This document shows, piece by piece, positions 34,484-36,596 of a stretch of DNA of 36,596 bases. Below the pieces are notes generated by a model, which saw only the letters and a program-made list of their open reading frames with translations, made no database searches and had not been told where the DNA came from. The position numbers were made by a program, and so were the translations under genes. Source of the DNA: a virus (taxonomy: Duplodnaviria > Heunggongvirae > Uroviricota > Caudoviricetes); the IMG/VR virus record IMGVR_UViG_3300028603_000003. One strand, given 5' to 3'. Each line of letters starts with the position of its first letter. Position 1 is the stretch's first letter.

Positions 34484-34518
34484 AAAAGCGAGGACTCTAC
34501 CAACTGAGCTACACCCAG
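34484..34518 (-). pseudogene. tRNA 5' half (Pro-like), truncated at the anticodon loop
   Basis: CTGGGTG-TA-GCTC-AGTTGGTA-GAGT-C-CTCGC-TTT, then AT-rich HNH leader. Confidence 0.7.
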
Positions 34519-34537
34519 AGTCTTGAAACTCTTATTC

Positions 34538-34612
34538 TGGTACTCCTGTGGGGAATCGAACCCCAGTTCCCTCATAGAAAGTGAGGTGTCCTAACCGCTA
34601 GACGACAGGAGC
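34538..34612 (-). tRNA. tRNA-Glu(TTC), T at position 37
   Basis: CCTCA-CTTTCTA-TGAGG, T-arm, CCA. Confidence 0.9.
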
Positions 34613-34616
34613 AAAA

Positions 34617-34853
34617 CTAGTAAACTGTTTGAATAACAATCGCACGCTTATTTTCGTCCCATGTGTATCCTATTCGCATTCCTTCATGGTATAAGCGTCT
34701 ACCGACGTTTCCGTTTAGGTGGCATTCAAACACCAACTGCAATACTTCATTGTTCAATCTATTTGCCAAAGATCGTGAGAATTCTTTGGGGGAATCTATC
34801 CTCAACAAAGCTCTCTCGGCGTAGTGTCTAGAAAATTCCCAATGCCTTTTCAT
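34617..34853 (-). CDS. hypothetical protein within the tRNA array
   Basis: SRHYAERA...IVIQTVY (loosely toxin/RNase-like pattern). Confidence 0.6.
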   Translation of the reverse strand: MKRHWEFSRHYAERALLRIDSPKEFSRSLANRLNNEVLQLVFECHLNGNVGRRLYHEGMRIGYTWDENKRAIVIQTVY

Positions 34854-34964
34854 AATATGGTTGACAAATTTGTCAGGATGACTATCTACTTTTGGATTAA
34901 TGAGGAAAAATCGAAAACCTCTGGCCGTATTTTATTTAGTTGCCGCAATCATCCTTCGTTAATC

Positions 34965-35039
34965 TGGTGGGGGCAGAAGGATTCGAACCTTCGGCCTATC
35001 GGTTAAAAGCCGATTGCTCTACCGCTGAGCTATGCCCCC
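34965..35039 (-). tRNA. tRNA-Lys(TTT)
   Basis: Canonical cloverleaf, CCA. Confidence 0.96.
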
Positions 35040-35047
35040 AAATTAGG

Positions 35048-35132
35048 TGGTCCCTAGGGCCGGAGTCGAACCGGCACGTCTTTCGACGGCGGATTTTGAA
35101 TCCGCTGCGTCTACCAATTCCGCCACCTAGGG
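35048..35132 (-). tRNA. tRNA-Leu(CAA)
   Basis: TT-CAA-AA loop, variable arm, CCA. Confidence 0.95.
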
Positions 35133-35185
35133 TGAAATCTGTACTGCTTTGTATTGCATCCAAGAAGTTCTTGGCTTCAGAAGCT

Positions 35186-35258
35186 TGGTTGCGGGCGAAA
35201 GAGTCGAACTTTCTCCCAACTGGCTTATGAGGCCAGCGTCACACCTCGTGAACCCGCA
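35186..35258 (-). tRNA. tRNA-Met(CAT), initiator-like, reduced D-arm
   Basis: TGCGGGT/GCCCGCA-A-CCA; CT-CAT-AA loop. Confidence 0.82.
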
Positions 35259-35269
35259 ACTGAAACTAT

Positions 35270-35298
35270 ATTATAGTTGATTAGTTGTTGCTTGTCAA
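35270..35298 (-). promoter_or_regulatory. consensus sigma70 promoter for the tRNA array
   Basis: TTGACA-17-TATAAT. Confidence 0.88.
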
Positions 35299-35306
35299 CC
35301 ACAATT

Positions 35307-35474
35307 TTAACAAATCTTCATCAGTTCAACCGATGCTCGAAGAACAACGTCCTTCCGCCACACAGAGCTACGAATCCACTCGCCACTAGCAATCTTTCGA
35401 TATACAGTATATCCATCAATCTTGTGGCTACCAGAATTCACCAGCTTTACGAGTTCATTAGTTTTGTTCATCGC
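35307..35474 (-). CDS. 55-aa hypothetical protein (MNKTNEL...)
   Basis: GAGGT SD; TTGACA-17-TATAAT at 35530-35502. Confidence 0.6.
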   Translation of the reverse strand, partial: AMNKTNELVKLVNSGSHKIDGYTVYRKIASGEWIRSSVWRKDVVLRASVELMKIC

Positions 35475-35544
35475 ACACCTCAGTTGACTTAGTATGTGAA
35501 GATTATATCGCAAGAACTCAACACTGTCAACTACTTTTATTTTT

Positions 35545-35661
35545 GTGGTGGCCTGTGCTGATCTCAGGCTTCCGTGACTCGATCAACGAGCGCATTTGCT
35601 GCTCGGCAGGACACGACACGGCGGTTTCCTGTTTCGGCGCATCAGCCTGCGCATTCACCAC
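35545..35661 (-). ncRNA. C4 antisense RNA-like element
   Basis: GTGGTGAATGCGCAGGCTGATGCGC...AAGCCTGAGATCAGCACAGGCCACCAC matches the C4-family ends as I recall them. Confidence 0.72.
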
Positions 35662-35673
35662 TCCGAAGCCACA

Positions 35674-35809
35674 TTGACAAACTAATTTTACAGCTTTCTA
35701 ATGTGACTAAAGAATCTCTGCTTACCATAATACAGCGTGCCTACACATCACGCGGAGGGCACGGAAACGAAATCTCTATAATTCTACAGGACTTTCACCT
35801 GTTTGTCAA
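35674..35809 (-). ncRNA. putative structured RNA
   Basis: 9-bp closing stem TTGACAAAC/GTTTGTCAA, ACAGG-TGAAAGT-CCTGT hairpin, GTGCC/GGCAC stem. Confidence 0.5.
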
Positions 35810-35927
35810 GGCTCTCCACCTCGATCTGCTTGTTTGTGGTTTTGCTTCGCCTATAGCTCCACAGGCACTCGCAAGCTTCTTAAAGAGTTAACGACCAGTG
35901 CTATAGGTAAGTGCTAACTCTGACAAC

Positions 35928-35956
35928 ATTGTATCTTATTTAGTTGTTACTGTCAA
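35928..35956 (-). promoter_or_regulatory. sigma70 promoter for the ncRNA block
   Basis: TTGACA-17-TACAAT followed by ~400 nt without a credible - strand ORF. Confidence 0.75.
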
Positions 35957-36348
35957 ACTCTTTCGAAAACAGTAATCGTCTTTTGTTCAGGTTCTACGAA
36001 ATACCACTCGTCGTATTCTGCGCCATTATATGAAGCATACCACCCATCAAACTTTACATACACTACTTCTGTTCCATTAGTGAATGAATAAACAGACCAG
36101 TATTCGTCGCCCTGCCCTTCTCCGCCATGATTACCCTCATACTCGAAGCTGATGCCATCCTTCTCTAGTCCATCTAGGAAATCGAAGTAATATTGGTAAT
36201 GCTCTCGGTTTTCGAGAGCATACTCGCTTGGTGTGACTGAAATTTCGGAACCGAAAAACTCTTGAATGATTTCGGAATCAGCTTCACGTAGTGCGCATGC
36301 CACGGCCTGCTTAAGAAGTTGCTTTGGGGTCTTTTCTTTTTTGCTCAT
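35953..36348 (-). CDS. conserved phage hypothetical protein
   Basis: GGEGQGDEYW...GWYASYNG...VEPEQKTITVF pattern. Confidence 0.75.
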   Translation of the reverse strand: MSKKEKTPKQLLKQAVACALREADSEIIQEFFGSEISVTPSEYALENREHYQYYFDFLDGLEKDGISFEYEGNHGGEGQGDEYWSVYSFTNGTEVVYVKFDGWYASYNGAEYDEWYFVEPEQKTITVFERV

Positions 36349-36557
36349 GATTTAAAATATCTCCGTTCTGATTCTGGAAGTGAAATAATAAGGTTTACAA
36401 CGTCTTTAATCTTTTGTTCATCAAACAACCCAATTACATGAGGGTAATAGTCAATTGCAAAGTCTCTGAACCACCCAGAACAAAGTGTGGTGCAAATCTT
36501 GTCAACAGACTTGATGTACGCTCTCTTCGGGCTATAGTTCCAGTTATTAGGAACCAA
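36345..36557 (-). CDS. hypothetical protein (probably 5'-partial)
   Basis: ATGA overlap with the downstream gene. Confidence 0.55.
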   Translation of the reverse strand: MVPNNWNYSPKRAYIKSVDKICTTLCSGWFRDFAIDYYPHVIGLFDEQKIKDVVNLIISLPESERRYFKS

Positions 36558-36596
36558 AAACCTTTCGGTGGCAATGACATATGCCTCTTCTGCAAC

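Noticed and set aside
34010-34484. Group I intron carrying the HNH inside the tRNA
   Set aside because: Flanks are too short for a catalytic core and there is no 3' exon with a T-arm
32451-34518. Trans-spliced tRNA from the 5' half at 34518 and the 3' remnant at 32451
   Set aside because: The acceptor strands CTGGGTG and CGGGCAG pair poorly, and the remnant lacks the anticodon 3' strand
1-36596. Stop-codon reassignment suggested by the CUA/UUA-loop RNAs
   Set aside because: Conserved genes are full length in the standard code, and TAA, TAG and TGA all end genes at sensible positions

Overview
A 36.6 kb segment of a large lytic T4-superfamily-like phage (rIIA/rIIB, gp41 helicase, UvsX, gp43 polymerase, TATAAATA late promoters). 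The host is probably a Proteobacterium, possibly a beta-proteobacterium (inference). Bases 1-8030 read on the + strand: rIIA-rIIB, FmdB-like, PhoH and a late cassette with a RelE/YafQ-like ORF and a GH19 endolysin. The rest reads mostly on the - strand: DnaJ, phosphoesterases (one with a LAGLIDADG intein), helicase, UvsX, a two-part DNA polymerase, a kinase, a PRPP-synthetase-like plus NAMPT-like pair (NARP1-type NAD+ module), an Rnl2 ligase, a deaminase-like ORF and a TROVE/Ro60-like vWA protein. The most notable region is about 28.2-35.9 kb. The Ro60-like gene sits at the 3' end of a ~4.5 kb RNA island with three ncRNAs of one family (closing stem, then UUCAGCAA, ending CUG; candidate Y-RNA analogues), 8 recognisable tRNAs, at least 6 full-length tRNA-like RNAs with abnormal architecture, two tRNA fragments, HNH ORFs, a C4-like RNA and other structured RNAs. 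All RNA folds were derived by eye and need covariance checks.
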